58,855 nucleotides of DNA from Candidatus Magasanikiibacteriota bacterium (GCA_943355025.1 CALRDW010000006.1:1-58855), one strand, 5' to 3'. Shown: positions 44,308-54,871, numbered from the stretch's first letter. Program-made: numbers and translations. The notes: generated by a model from the sequence alone, not told the origin.

Positions 44308-45423
44308 ATGAAATTCACATGCACAAAAGAAAATTTCTTACAGGGAATCCAAGCAGTCTCTTCAGTCACGGGTAAACAAGTGCATCTACCAATTCTCAAC
44401 AATATCTTGTTGTCAGCAGAGATGGCAGGGATCAAAGCAATAGGAACAAATCTCGAACTCTCAATAGTAGCGGAGATTCGCGGCAAGGTTGAAGAAGCAG
44501 GATCGTTTACTATTCCTGCGCGTACAATAGTTGAATACATTTCATTACTTCCGGCGGAAGCGCGAATCGATTGCGAGCTTGAAGAAAATGAATTAATTTT
44601 AAAGTCTGGTCGTCAGCGCACAAAAATGAAGGGCTCGCCTGCGACAGACTTCCCTACTGTACCCACTATTGAAAAGACTCACGAACTTATTTTTCCAGCA
44701 GACCGTTTTAAACGCGCACTCCAGCGTGTACTTGTTTCGGTTTCCCACAGCGAAGTTCGACCAGAACTGCAAGGAATACTTATTTTTACAGAGGCGCCGG
44801 ATCAACTCCGCACAATTTTTGCCTCAACCGATAGTTATCGATTATCAGAAGTAAAGCTTGAAGTATTATCCGCGATTGATATTCCTGTTCGTGTTATTTT
44901 GCCGCAGAGAACTGCACAAGAACTCCACAGACTTCTCCCCACCTCGCAAGATCCAATCACTGTTTCGTTTGCTGAGGGGCAAATATCTTGTGTAATCGGG
45001 GATGTGCATTTGGTTTCTCGACTCATCGACGGTAATTATCCCGACTATCGACAGATTATCCCCAAGACATGGAACACTGAAGCAAAAATTCCAGTGAGCG
45101 AAACACAAAAAGCGATTAAGGCTGCATCACTCTTCGCGACGCAAGGCGTCAGTGCTGTTTCTGTACAAGTCCGTCCAAACGAAGAAACCCTGACAATTAC
45201 GTCAGGGTCATCTCAGATGGGTGAGCATTCGGCGGATATTGCGATTGAAGGTACGGGCCAAGAAAATAAAGTTATTTTGAACCACCGGTTCCTGGTTGAT
45301 GGCCTTGCGGCAATCGATGAAGAACGGGCGGTTTTGAAAGTTGTGAGCGGAGAATCACCGTGTTTGCTACAACCAGAGAAAGCTGATGATTATTTATATA
45401 TCATCATGCCGATCCGACAGTAG
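44308..45423 (+). CDS. dnaN: DNA polymerase III beta sliding clamp
   Basis: 371 aa, directly after dnaA. MKFTCTKENFLQGI start and three-domain length. Confidence 0.95.
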   Translation: MKFTCTKENFLQGIQAVSSVTGKQVHLPILNNILLSAEMAGIKAIGTNLELSIVAEIRGKVEEAGSFTIPARTIVEYISLLPAEARIDCELEENELILKSGRQRTKMKGSPATDFPTVPTIEKTHELIFPADRFKRALQRVLVSVSHSEVRPELQGILIFTEAPDQLRTIFASTDSYRLSEVKLEVLSAIDIPVRVILPQRTAQELHRLLPTSQDPITVSFAEGQISCVIGDVHLVSRLIDGNYPDYRQIIPKTWNTEAKIPVSETQKAIKAASLFATQGVSAVSVQVRPNEETLTITSGSSQMGEHSADIAIEGTGQENKVILNHRFLVDGLAAIDEERAVLKVVSGESPCLLQPEKADDYLYIIMPIRQ

Positions 45424-45915
45424 TTACTGGACGATTTGGATGCGGATGTGGCGGATACCAAACTTTTTGGCATCATCGCGCGTTTTGAACCAGACATCCA
45501 TTCGGTCTGAAAACCGCCGATTCATTCGATCGTTTACGGTGAAAATTTTATCACCGAACATGTCTGGAAGGCGCACCTTGGTTCCATAGGGCAACCAATT
45601 TGCTGCAACTAACCCGTCGTACACCTGCTTACCATTTGAGGTAATGAACGGTGTATCGTCTGTTTGGTCGGGTGTTGAGGAATAAGCGGTAGCAACCACA
45701 ATCACAGTTCGTTTAACCGTAACTGGCGGCACCACTGGAAGAGAGGGGGGCTCCGCAGCCTGTTTAAGGGCTGGGGTGCTGTCAATTGTGGGTACTGAGA
45801 CGTTTGCTGCTACAGCAACCTGCGGACGAGCCGAGGTTACGATAAGTGCAGCAACCGCAGCGCAAAGAACGATTTTTTCGGCTTTGTTTAGCTGTTTTTT
45901 GTAGTTTATACCCAT
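45424..45915 (-). CDS. 3D-domain (MltA/RlpA-like) cell-wall protein
   Basis: ATAYSSTPDQTDDTPFITSNG...GTKVRLP...FTVNDRM...DVW. Start set at MGINYKKQL, upstream of the TM anchor. Confidence 0.75.
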   Translation of the reverse strand: MGINYKKQLNKAEKIVLCAAVAALIVTSARPQVAVAANVSVPTIDSTPALKQAAEPPSLPVVPPVTVKRTVIVVATAYSSTPDQTDDTPFITSNGKQVYDGLVAANWLPYGTKVRLPDMFGDKIFTVNDRMNRRFSDRMDVWFKTRDDAKKFGIRHIRIQIVQ

Positions 45916-46002
45916 AGTTTTTAGGATATATACCATAGCATAATTGACGTATTTTGTCAACCCTCCGACTTTCTGCTACTGTGGATGAACTAACATCCTC
46001 AC

Positions 46003-48555
46003 ATGTCTTCCCACAACACCTCTCAAAAACCCAAAATGGTTAAATTTGTTTTACATAATCGGCGCTCATGGTGGGCCGCTGCACGTAGTCATTTCACATG
46101 GAAACGAATTCTTGGTTTTTGTGCAGTCGCCTTCATTATTAGTTTTTTTTGTTTTACACTTTTCATCGCATGGCTCACACGCGACCTTCCGGATCCAGAT
46201 AGATTGCAGGACCGTGTTGTAATTGAGAGCACAAAGATGTTTGACCGCACTGGCACACACTTGCTCTATGAGCTTTTTGATCAGAAAAAAAGAACAGTTG
46301 TTGATATTGCAGGGCTGCCGCCATATGTTGTAAAAGCAACGCTCGCAATCGAAGATCCTCATTTTTATGAGCATAAAGGTATTCGTTGGGTGAGCCTTGT
46401 TCGTGCACTTGTTTCTGATGCATTACATCTCAGTAGTGGGCGTGGTGGTGCGTCGACGATTACACAACAGCTTGTTAAAAATGCAATTTTGAGTAACGAG
46501 CACTCGCTTACGCGCAAAATAAAAGAAGGTATTTTAGCGTTGCAAATCGAACGCCAGTTTTCAAAAGATCAGATTCTGAAATTATATTTCAATGAAATTC
46601 CGTACGGCTCAACTAATTACGGGATTGAATCTGCGTCACAAGCGTATTATGGAAAATCTGCAAAAGATTTATCGCTTCCTGAGTCAGCGACACTTGCTGC
46701 CATGCCGCAAGCACCAACTCATTATCTTCAAGATCCTGACATGCTTCGAAAGCGCCGAGACGTTGTGCTAACTAAGATGCAGGAGTTTGGGTATATCACC
46801 GCTGTAGAAATGGCTGCCGCAAAAGCAACATCGACTCCAGTACGCGCTACGCAGAGCTCAACTATAGCGCCGCACTATGTCATGTATTTGAAATCACAGC
46901 TCGTTGATCAGTTTGGTGAAAAAACCGTTGATGAGGGAGGGCTCAAAGTTATAACAACCTTGGATTATGATTTGCAGATTGCTGCAAACACAGCAATAAA
47001 AAGTGGTGTAGATGCGGCTGAGAAAAAGTATGACGCAACAAACGGCGCACTGCTTTCAATGGATCCGAAAACAGGAGAAATTCTTGCCATGGTGGGGTCG
47101 CGAGATTTTTTTGATGACAAGCGTGGTGGTCAGTTTAATGTTGTCACACAAGGTCTTCGACAGCCAGGCTCGTCGTTTAAGCCGATTGTTTATTCAGCGG
47201 CGTTTGAAAAAGGTTTCCCAACCGAAACAGTGCTGTTTGATTCAGAGACGGATTTTCCTTACGACGGCCGCATATATCATCCGCACAACTATGATGGCAA
47301 AGAGCATGGGCCGGTAACCATGCACCAAGCACTACAAGGTTCTCTTAATATTCCAGCGGTTAAGACCATGTTTTTAGTCGGCATTGATCGCGCGCTTGAT
47401 TTTGCCGACCGACTTGGCTACACAACGTTTAAAGACCGCTCACAATTTGGTCCCTCGGTAGTTCTTGGCGGCGGCGGCGTAAAAATGATTGAACATGTTC
47501 GCGCATACGCTGCATTTGCGAATGGTGGGCAGCTGGTTGAGCCTGTAGGTATTTTAAAAATTGAAGATCGTACAGGCGCTGATATTACTCCAAAACGAAC
47601 AGAGCCGAAGCAGGTGCTTACATCTGAGATTGCGGCGACCATCTCTAATGTTTTGTCGGACAACGCGGCACGCGCCTTTGTTTTTGGCGCAAAGAATCAT
47701 TTGACCCTTTCTGATCGGCCAGTTGCAGTTAAAACTGGTACGACGAATGATTACCACGACGCATGGACTGTTGGATACACACCTCAAATTGTGACGGGTG
47801 TATGGGTTGGTAATAATGACAACCACCAAATGAAGGGTGGTGCAGATGGTTCGATTGTTGCAGCGCCAATTTGGCAAGAATTTATGGTCGCGGCAACCAA
47901 AAAACTTCCTGTCGTTGGTTTTCCTGCGCCATTGCCAGGCACAGCGTCAAATGTGATGATGCAGGGACTCACGAATGGTGGAATTAAAGTTGTGATTGAT
48001 ACGGTTTCTGGAAAGCTTGCAACCGAAGACACGCCACCAGAAACAACTGAAGCGCGAACATATATTCCTGCGCACGACATTTTGTATTACGTTAATCCAG
48101 ACGACCCGCTCGGTCCAAGCCCAACAGATCCAACTCAGAACGCGCAGTATGCAGCGTGGGAAGCGGGCGCGCAAAAATGGATTGTGGGACACACGAATGG
48201 AAGCATGGTGTTTGGCGCGCCCCCAACCGAATCTGATGATGTACACAAAAAAGAACTCCGTCCAAGCCTCTCAATTCTCAATATTAAGGACGGTACGATT
48301 CTTTCAACCACCGATTTTACGATTCAGGTTGATACGAACGCACCCCGCGGAGTTTCGAAAGTCGAATATCGAATCGACGGCACTTTTGTTGGTGTTGTTA
48401 TGAGCGCACCATTTGCACTTGCGTATGCAAATGCTGGCTTGGCAATCGGCACGCACGCTCTTAAGGTTACTGCGTATGACGATGTTGGTAATGCCACGAC
48501 GGATGAGGTCTCGTTTATTTACCAGCCAAACACACCTGGTGACGCAACGGCATAG
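46003..48555 (+). CDS. class A penicillin-binding protein (PBP1A type) with C-terminal Ig-like domain
   Basis: Glycosyltransferase motifs EDPHFYEHKGI and RKIKE. Transpeptidase motifs SSFKP, SLN and KTGTT. Confidence 0.95.
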   Translation: MSSHNTSQKPKMVKFVLHNRRSWWAAARSHFTWKRILGFCAVAFIISFFCFTLFIAWLTRDLPDPDRLQDRVVIESTKMFDRTGTHLLYELFDQKKRTVVDIAGLPPYVVKATLAIEDPHFYEHKGIRWVSLVRALVSDALHLSSGRGGASTITQQLVKNAILSNEHSLTRKIKEGILALQIERQFSKDQILKLYFNEIPYGSTNYGIESASQAYYGKSAKDLSLPESATLAAMPQAPTHYLQDPDMLRKRRDVVLTKMQEFGYITAVEMAAAKATSTPVRATQSSTIAPHYVMYLKSQLVDQFGEKTVDEGGLKVITTLDYDLQIAANTAIKSGVDAAEKKYDATNGALLSMDPKTGEILAMVGSRDFFDDKRGGQFNVVTQGLRQPGSSFKPIVYSAAFEKGFPTETVLFDSETDFPYDGRIYHPHNYDGKEHGPVTMHQALQGSLNIPAVKTMFLVGIDRALDFADRLGYTTFKDRSQFGPSVVLGGGGVKMIEHVRAYAAFANGGQLVEPVGILKIEDRTGADITPKRTEPKQVLTSEIAATISNVLSDNAARAFVFGAKNHLTLSDRPVAVKTGTTNDYHDAWTVGYTPQIVTGVWVGNNDNHQMKGGADGSIVAAPIWQEFMVAATKKLPVVGFPAPLPGTASNVMMQGLTNGGIKVVIDTVSGKLATEDTPPETTEARTYIPAHDILYYVNPDDPLGPSPTDPTQNAQYAAWEAGAQKWIVGHTNGSMVFGAPPTESDDVHKKELRPSLSILNIKDGTILSTTDFTIQVDTNAPRGVSKVEYRIDGTFVGVVMSAPFALAYANAGLAIGTHALKVTAYDDVGNATTDEVSFIYQPNTPGDATA

Positions 48556-48625
48556 TCTGAGGGGTTGACTATCTTGGGTTTTTTTGGTACGGTTGGCGCA
48601 ACGATTTTTGTTTGAGGAGGATCAC

Positions 48626-49537
48626 ATGGGAACGAATCGAGGTACTGAGTTGCCGCTCATTTTTCCGATGGAATCTGAGTTTGAGGAAGATTGTCTGCAG
48701 GAAATTCATACGGAGGGTCGCGCGTGGAGCGTTGTTGAACTCATGGTCGAGAGGGGTTTGTCACCTGCTGCAATTTTGCGGCGGGTCGTATGGTCTCGTT
48801 ACAAAAACCAGATCGTGCTGCGCTTGGATGCGTTGTATCTGCACAGCGGGAGAGTGGCGAGCGAAATACGCGAGCTACGAAGTCTGCTTCGGAGCGAGTT
48901 GTTACACATGGCTATTCTGCGCTGGGATACAGAGAGCGGGTTTGTTACGGCGACATTTGATGCGTTATTTACACAGACCGAAGATTTTGCACCCATAATT
49001 AATGGGCAATGGGCTTCGCAGTTGTCCAATAAAAAGCACCCGCTCTTTGGGCATCCGTCCGCTGATGTGTATTGGGAAGCACAGCTTGAGAAACGGCTGC
49101 AGACTCAAGGCGCGTTTGAATTGGGTCAATCATGGAAGCAGGTAGTTGAGCGTGCCGCGCTTGGGCTTGTTTATACTGGAAAGAAAGCTGCTGTGTCGCG
49201 ATACTTTATTGCCTCACAAGCGTTCATACATAAGGCAGTTCTCCAGTATCATGCCGCCGCTTGCCGGATTTTGCGAAAGAGTACTCGCGCAAAAGAACTT
49301 GTTCGCGCGCAATCATTTGTCTATTTGGCAGACGGTGTTGCGCAGCCAACAGGGTATGGGGTTGCTGCGCTGCTTAATGGCATCGGGGCGCTCATGGGCG
49401 GTAACGACGCGGCGAAAATGGCTCTGAGCGCAGGACTGCTGAGCGAAATGCTTTTGTCATCAGCGCCTCAGCGCCAACGTAAACGCAGACGTGATCGGTC
49501 GAATGCCGCATCAAACGATCCTGTTTTTACTTGTTGA
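48626..49537 (+). CDS. orphan hypothetical protein (303 aa)
   Basis: ORF 48584..49537 trimmed to the GAGGAGG-preceded MGTNRGTELP. Promoter-like TTGACT-17-TACGGT at 48565-48593. Basic C-terminal tail (RQRKRRRDR). No family recognised. Confidence 0.6.
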   Translation: MGTNRGTELPLIFPMESEFEEDCLQEIHTEGRAWSVVELMVERGLSPAAILRRVVWSRYKNQIVLRLDALYLHSGRVASEIRELRSLLRSELLHMAILRWDTESGFVTATFDALFTQTEDFAPIINGQWASQLSNKKHPLFGHPSADVYWEAQLEKRLQTQGAFELGQSWKQVVERAALGLVYTGKKAAVSRYFIASQAFIHKAVLQYHAAACRILRKSTRAKELVRAQSFVYLADGVAQPTGYGVAALLNGIGALMGGNDAAKMALSAGLLSEMLLSSAPQRQRKRRRDRSNAASNDPVFTC

Positions 49538-49650
49538 GCCCAGCGGCCGCTGCACGGATAAGGATCGTTGGCGCAAACCACTCTCGGATTTGCGCTTTTT
49601 TCTTGCTCATAATCAGGTTATTCGTTAGAATAGTTTTGCCGCGTCTGTTT

Positions 49651-49725
49651 GGTGCAGTGGCCAAGTGGTAAGGCGAGGGTCTGCAAAACCCTCATGCGTG
49701 GGTTCGATTCCCACCTGCACCTCCA
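49651..49725 (+). tRNA. tRNA-Cys(GCA) with encoded CCA
   Basis: GGTGCAGTGGCCAAGTGGTAAGGCGAGGGTCTGCAAAACCCTCATGCGTGGGTTCGATTCCCACCTGCACCTCCA forms a full cloverleaf. Promoter TTGCTC-17-TAGAAT lies upstream. Confidence 0.95.
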
Positions 49726-49730
49726 AAAAA

Positions 49731-49759
49731 ATCCGCGCCCAATGGGCGGGGATTTTTTT
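49731..49759 (+). terminator. intrinsic terminator after tRNA-Cys
   Basis: ATCCGCGCCC-aat-GGGCGGGGAT followed by TTTTTTT. Confidence 0.8.
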
Positions 49760-49768
49760 GTTAGCTCC

Positions 49769-49797
49769 TTGACAAGGCCGTGTTTACAGACTATAGT
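49769..49797 (+). promoter_or_regulatory. sigma70-type promoter TTGACA-17-TATAGT
   Basis: TTGACA at 49769-74, TATAGT at 49792-97. A ~90-nt leader precedes the GGAG-preceded ATG at 49891. Confidence 0.65.
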
Positions 49798-49890
49798 AGT
49801 CCCCTCGTTTTGATTTGCTGCAACAAGGGTTGCGTGCAGCTCAAACAATAGCGATTTACACAGGTGAATCGCAGTGTATGGAGTTCATAA

Positions 49891-50850
49891 ATGGCGAACA
49901 ATAATCGGCATTCTCAGTCAGTGGCGGAATCGGGCGCGATGTCTGGCGGCACAGTTCGGAAGATTCCGGCTGGTCAGGTTCTGACGATGATCCATAATCG
50001 TCGGTCCCGCGGCATTTCGGTCGTTGGCTCTACTGGCAACGAGGGTGTCCATAATGGGTATCACAAGCTTTCACCGGACGATGCCACGGTGCTCAACTAC
50101 TACAACGGGTTGATTCAGGGAAAAGCCGTTGTCTTGATCCTTGTTGGCCGTGGTGGCGCGGCACGTCTCTCGACTCAGGAGGTCGGACGCCTGCACAGTG
50201 AAGCAGTTCAAAAAATCCACGGCGCCAAATTCGGCTGCATTGGTTTTGGCAGTGATCTCTACGGTGACACACTTGATTTGTACTTGTCGATTGATGGTGG
50301 TACGACTTTCGCGATGCAGAACAACAAGCACGACTTCCTCGCCGTCGGCGAAAATGGTCGTCGCGCCGTCATTGTCAAAGATGCTGGCGGCGGGTATTCT
50401 CGGCTCGTCATCGACGGCACGGTTACCAAATGGGTGGCCTTGAGCTGCCCGATGGATGTGCTGGACGCAACTGAGGATCTGCCGTTCTTGTCGCGCGACA
50501 TTCGACTGCCGGACTCGAACGAGACCGTGCAGATTGCGAGCGGCTTTGGCAAGGATTCGGCGGCCGTGATTGAATTCGTGGTTGCTGAAAAAGGCAAAGA
50601 CGTTGCGGTCAAACTGATCACGACGTTTCCAACGATGAATGGCGAGGTTTACATCGGCTCTCCTGTCGGCGACAAAACGAAAGTTGCTTACATGACCACG
50701 GGAACCGCGCGGAACAAGATTGTGGGTCGCGTTGTTACCGCCAAGGTGATGAAGCTCCAGGCGCTGCTCGACTGCATCAACATGCAATTGCGCGGACCGG
50801 AAAGTGACGACGCGGAAGGCCTTGAAACTTCTGCATCAATCAGCGGCTAA
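49891..50850 (+). CDS. orphan hypothetical protein, 319 aa (paralog 1)
   Basis: High-GC ORF with its own promoter and terminator. Shares RKIPAGQ / PDDATV / EVYIGSPVG anchors with the next gene. No family recognised. Confidence 0.65.
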   Translation: MANNNRHSQSVAESGAMSGGTVRKIPAGQVLTMIHNRRSRGISVVGSTGNEGVHNGYHKLSPDDATVLNYYNGLIQGKAVVLILVGRGGAARLSTQEVGRLHSEAVQKIHGAKFGCIGFGSDLYGDTLDLYLSIDGGTTFAMQNNKHDFLAVGENGRRAVIVKDAGGGYSRLVIDGTVTKWVALSCPMDVLDATEDLPFLSRDIRLPDSNETVQIASGFGKDSAAVIEFVVAEKGKDVAVKLITTFPTMNGEVYIGSPVGDKTKVAYMTTGTARNKIVGRVVTAKVMKLQALLDCINMQLRGPESDDAEGLETSASISG

Positions 50851-50881
50851 GAAACGCTCGCCGATACTGGCCTGCGAATAA

Positions 50882-50938
50882 ACGACCCGTCTACGAACAT
50901 CCTTGGGGGAGCGATGTTTGTAGGCGGGCGTCTTTTTT
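50882..50938 (+). terminator. intrinsic terminator
   Basis: ACGACCCGTCTACGAACATC...GATGTTTGTAGGCGGGCGT followed by CTTTTTT. Confidence 0.7.
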
Positions 50939-50956
50939 ATTTAGTAAAGCTCATGG

Positions 50957-50985
50957 TTGACATTTTTCTCACGGGCCGCTATACT
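50957..50985 (+). promoter_or_regulatory. sigma70-type promoter TTGACA-17-TATACT
   Basis: TTGACA at 50957-62, TATACT at 50980-85. GGAGG Shine-Dalgarno site 5 nt before the GTG at 51021. Confidence 0.65.
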
Positions 50986-51020
50986 ACACATTCCTACAAT
51001 CAACAGTTACGGAGGCACGA

Positions 51021-51980
51021 GTGTTTGAGATCTTTAAAAGGTTACGCTTTGGTGGACGACCAATAACCCCGAGCGGTATGCGACGCGTCAAACAGGATGA
51101 GCGCATACCCGCGGGAATGGCAACAGCGCTTATCATTGATTGCAACACAGGTCAGATGTATTGGAGCGAGGAGACCAAACTTTTGATTCGTCCTGACCAA
51201 GCGTCTGTCCAATCGTTTCAGCGCGCGATAAAAGCAGACGGAACTCTCATGGTTTACTGTGCGATCTGTTTTGGTCTGCAGGCAGTGCCGCTCGATGAAG
51301 CAAAAATCGCGAGTATCTTTAATCTGCTCGTGAGTGTTATTGACGGAGATAGTTTCGCTGGATTTAGCTGCTTTCACAGTCGTTCAACGAGTTGTTACCA
51401 AATGACGCAAAACAAGGCGATCTCCGAGGTCGTGCGAACGTGCGATTTTGGTTGGGGCGTATTTAAGAAAAAAAACGTAGTAACTGGTCAGGTGTCTGAA
51501 ACCCCGGTTCTCCTGCGTCGAACCACGGATTCTTTGTGGGTTCGTTCGCCGGAAACCTCTGCGTGGGTTCGCGCGAGATTTCAGATTGACGAAAGCGGTG
51601 AAAGCTCAAAAAAGGATAAGAGCTTTGGTCTCGTGAATGTTCATGACAAATGGCTTCTCAGTCGTGCGATTAAAAATGGTCGGATGGCGCTTGCAAATGA
51701 GCGCGGTCAAACGATTTTTTATCGGCTTGAGCGGTCGCCAGAAGGAGGGTTTGTGGCACTGATTGATCCGTGGATTGTGGATCTTCCGGGTATCTATGTT
51801 GGCGCTCGAACCGGTGGTTCGCGCGAGAATCATGCGTTCATTAAAGTAAAACGCGTGCCGGGCCACGATGTCTCGAACGAGATGATTGTTGTTCCGGAGC
51901 ACGGTGTTGATGTGATGATGCAAACCGTTGTCTCGCGCAATCGCATCGTGTATGCGAGCGGCTTGCACAGCAACGGATAG
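51021..51980 (+). CDS. orphan hypothetical protein, 319 aa (paralog 2; GTG start)
   Basis: Same length as the upstream gene. Anchors ERIPAGM / PDQASV / GIYVGARTG occur at matching positions. Terminator-like hairpin plus T8 at ~51994-52056. Confidence 0.65.
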   Translation: MFEIFKRLRFGGRPITPSGMRRVKQDERIPAGMATALIIDCNTGQMYWSEETKLLIRPDQASVQSFQRAIKADGTLMVYCAICFGLQAVPLDEAKIASIFNLLVSVIDGDSFAGFSCFHSRSTSCYQMTQNKAISEVVRTCDFGWGVFKKKNVVTGQVSETPVLLRRTTDSLWVRSPETSAWVRARFQIDESGESSKKDKSFGLVNVHDKWLLSRAIKNGRMALANERGQTIFYRLERSPEGGFVALIDPWIVDLPGIYVGARTGGSRENHAFIKVKRVPGHDVSNEMIVVPEHGVDVMMQTVVSRNRIVYASGLHSNG

Positions 51981-52084
51981 TCGTTTGGCTTTTGTCCGAC
52001 GCAGTTTGTTTATTGGGTAACACCGATTGAACACCCTGCGCCGGACTTCTTTTTTTTGTGCGGGGCTGTTACACTATCCTGGCT

Positions 52085-54871
52085 ATGCCAACAACCCCAA
52101 AAACCACGCAAAAAGCAGCAGAGTCAGCGAGCCGCCGGCTTATGATTATTGATGGAAACGCGGTTATTCACCGCTGTTTTCATGCAATCCCGCCCTTATC
52201 TACAAAAGAGGGTGTTTTGGTTAATGCGGTGTATGGGTTTTTGATCACGTTATTTAAGGCGATTAAAGATCTGCGGCCGACACATATCGCGGTCACATTT
52301 GATATGGCGGGCGGCACATTTCGTCATGATGAATATAAAGAGTACAAGGCAAAACGCACGAAGGCACCGGATGAGCTGTATGCTCAAATTCCGCTTGTTA
52401 AAGAAGTTCTTGTTGCGGCGCATATTCCAGTTTTTGAAAAACAAGGGTTTGAGGCTGATGATGTAATTGGAACAATCGCAACGCTCGTGCGCGCTGAACG
52501 ACCAGTGGTTGAAACGTTTATTGTTACTGGCGATATGGATGCGCTTCAGCTTGTTGACGCAACAACGCGCGTGTATACCATGCGCCGCGGTATCAACGAT
52601 ACGGTAATGTATGACGAAGCAGCAGTGCGCGCACGCTTTGGATTTGGACCTGTGCAGGTTGTTGATTATAAGGCGCTGCGTGGTGATACGAGCGATAATA
52701 TTATTGGTGTTAAGGGTGTGGGCGAGAAAACCGGCATGGAGTTAGTGAAATTATTTGGCTCAATTGAGGCGATGTATATGGCGCTTGAGGCAGCGGAAAA
52801 ACAAGACAAAATTGCTGTGGGCGTAAGCGCGCGACTGCAAAAACTTTTAATCGAACATAAAGAATCCGCAGTTCAGAGTAAGTGGCTTGCGACAATTGTA
52901 TGCGATGTGCCGATTGATTTTTCTTTCGGCGCGACCGCATTTCATGGAATTTCGCGTGACGATGTTTTTGCTTTGATCCAGAAACTTGGATTTTTGTCGC
53001 TCTTGTCGCGTTTACCGGGAAAGCCAGCTGACGGATTAGAAAGCGAAGCTGAGGGAATTGTTAGTGGTGATGGCGTTTCGAAAAAATCTGCAGCGAAAAA
53101 AATCGGTGTCAAATTAAGTGTTGTGCGCGATTTAGCAAAAACACGAGCGCTTGTTGGAACACTACTTGGTGAATCGCGTGTTGCTGTACATCTGATGAAG
53201 CCACAACAGCAAGATTTATTTGGAATGGCACCGACCGTTGTTGGGTTTGCGTGGCCGAAACATATGGCGGCTGTTGAGATTCACGATGAAGCGCAGTGGG
53301 ATGAGCTCGGACGATTGTTCATGGACAAGCGCGTCGGTATAATTGGCCATGACGTTAAGCAACTTATGCATGAGCTTGCTGTCCATGGTCTTCGTGTGGG
53401 TGGAACGTATTTTGATATTTTGGTTGCAGCTTATTTATTACAAGCAGGAACACGATCGCACGATTTGCCGAATCTCGTTATTACACTTTTGGGCGAGGAT
53501 GTGCCGGTTACAGAATGGACGAGCGGTGATCCAGAGCGTGCGGCGCGAGCAGCCGAGCGCGTATGGCGGATTGCGGAAAAACTTGAAGGCGAACTTCCTG
53601 AAAAGGGCGCAAAAAAATTATTTGAGGAAATTGAGATGCCGCTTGTTGCGCCACTTGCGCGCATGGAACGGTATGGGATTGAGCTTGATAAAAAGTATTG
53701 CGCGAAGCTCGATAAAAAATTTACGGAACAACTCGCCGCGATATCAGAAAAAATTTATAAACTTGCGGGACGCGAATTTAATATTGCATCGCCATCGCAA
53801 GTATCAGAAATTTTATTTGAAGATTTGAAATTGTCTACGGTCGGGATTAAGCGCGGCAAAACTGGTATTTCAACTGCTGCAGGCGAGCTCGACAAACTAC
53901 AAGGGAAGCATCCGATCGTTGATCAGATTTTAGAGCATCGTGAAATTTCAAAATTATTGAATACCTACGTTCAAGCACTGCCAAAATTGATCGCGGCCGA
54001 TGGCCGAGTGCATACAACATTTAATCAAGCTGTTGCTGCAACGGGCCGCCTCTCGTCATCAAACCCGAATTTGCAAAATATTCCGGTGCGCACTGATTTG
54101 GGACGCGACATTCGCCGTGCATTTGTTGCGGCTGATGGCTACGAATTATTGTCATGTGATTATTCACAATTCGAACTTCGTATTGCTGCGCATTTGGCAC
54201 ACGATAAAAAACTGATTGATATTTTTGAGAAAGGGCTTGATGTGCATACAGCGACGGCGGCAGAAATCAACGGTGTTGAGATTGATGACGTGACCAAGGA
54301 AATGCGCTATGCGGCGAAGGAAGTTAATTTTGGTGTTATGTACGGAATGGGGGCGTGGGGCCTCGCAGAACGCACAGGGTTGTCTCGAGAGGAGGCGCGC
54401 GCGTTCATCGACAAGTACATGCAGACGTTTAGCGGTGTCGCGCGATTTATTGAGGAGACAAAGGCGAGCGCGCGCCGGCTTGGGTATGTTGAAACACTGT
54501 TTGGTCGTCGTCGATATTTGCCAGAGCTCATGTCGGGCGGCGTGCCAGCGCTGCGGGCGGCGGGCGAGCGCATGGCAGTCAATATGCCGATTCAGGGAAC
54601 GCAAGCAGATGTTTTAAAAATGGCGATGATTGAGATTGATGCGCTTCTCTGTCGCGACTATGGATTTGGGTTTGGCGTTACCGCTGAGGAGCGCGAATGT
54701 CCAGCGCGCATGCTTCTCCAAGTTCACGATGAATTAATTTTTGAAATAAAAGAAGGCCTTGTTAAGGAATTGACTCCGAAGATTTTGGAAATCATGACAC
54801 ATGTCGTAAAACTCGCGGTGCCAATTAAAGTTGATAGCGTTGTCGGAAAAACGTGGGCTGATTTAGATTAA
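52085..54871 (+). CDS. polA: DNA polymerase I
   Basis: 5'-nuclease N-terminus. Pol motifs DYSQFELRI (A), RYAAKEVNFGVMYGM (B) and QVHDEL (C). Start set at MPTTPKTT after TGTTACACT. Confidence 0.95.
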   Translation: MPTTPKTTQKAAESASRRLMIIDGNAVIHRCFHAIPPLSTKEGVLVNAVYGFLITLFKAIKDLRPTHIAVTFDMAGGTFRHDEYKEYKAKRTKAPDELYAQIPLVKEVLVAAHIPVFEKQGFEADDVIGTIATLVRAERPVVETFIVTGDMDALQLVDATTRVYTMRRGINDTVMYDEAAVRARFGFGPVQVVDYKALRGDTSDNIIGVKGVGEKTGMELVKLFGSIEAMYMALEAAEKQDKIAVGVSARLQKLLIEHKESAVQSKWLATIVCDVPIDFSFGATAFHGISRDDVFALIQKLGFLSLLSRLPGKPADGLESEAEGIVSGDGVSKKSAAKKIGVKLSVVRDLAKTRALVGTLLGESRVAVHLMKPQQQDLFGMAPTVVGFAWPKHMAAVEIHDEAQWDELGRLFMDKRVGIIGHDVKQLMHELAVHGLRVGGTYFDILVAAYLLQAGTRSHDLPNLVITLLGEDVPVTEWTSGDPERAARAAERVWRIAEKLEGELPEKGAKKLFEEIEMPLVAPLARMERYGIELDKKYCAKLDKKFTEQLAAISEKIYKLAGREFNIASPSQVSEILFEDLKLSTVGIKRGKTGISTAAGELDKLQGKHPIVDQILEHREISKLLNTYVQALPKLIAADGRVHTTFNQAVAATGRLSSSNPNLQNIPVRTDLGRDIRRAFVAADGYELLSCDYSQFELRIAAHLAHDKKLIDIFEKGLDVHTATAAEINGVEIDDVTKEMRYAAKEVNFGVMYGMGAWGLAERTGLSREEARAFIDKYMQTFSGVARFIEETKASARRLGYVETLFGRRRYLPELMSGGVPALRAAGERMAVNMPIQGTQADVLKMAMIEIDALLCRDYGFGFGVTAEERECPARMLLQVHDELIFEIKEGLVKELTPKILEIMTHVVKLAVPIKVDSVVGKTWADLD

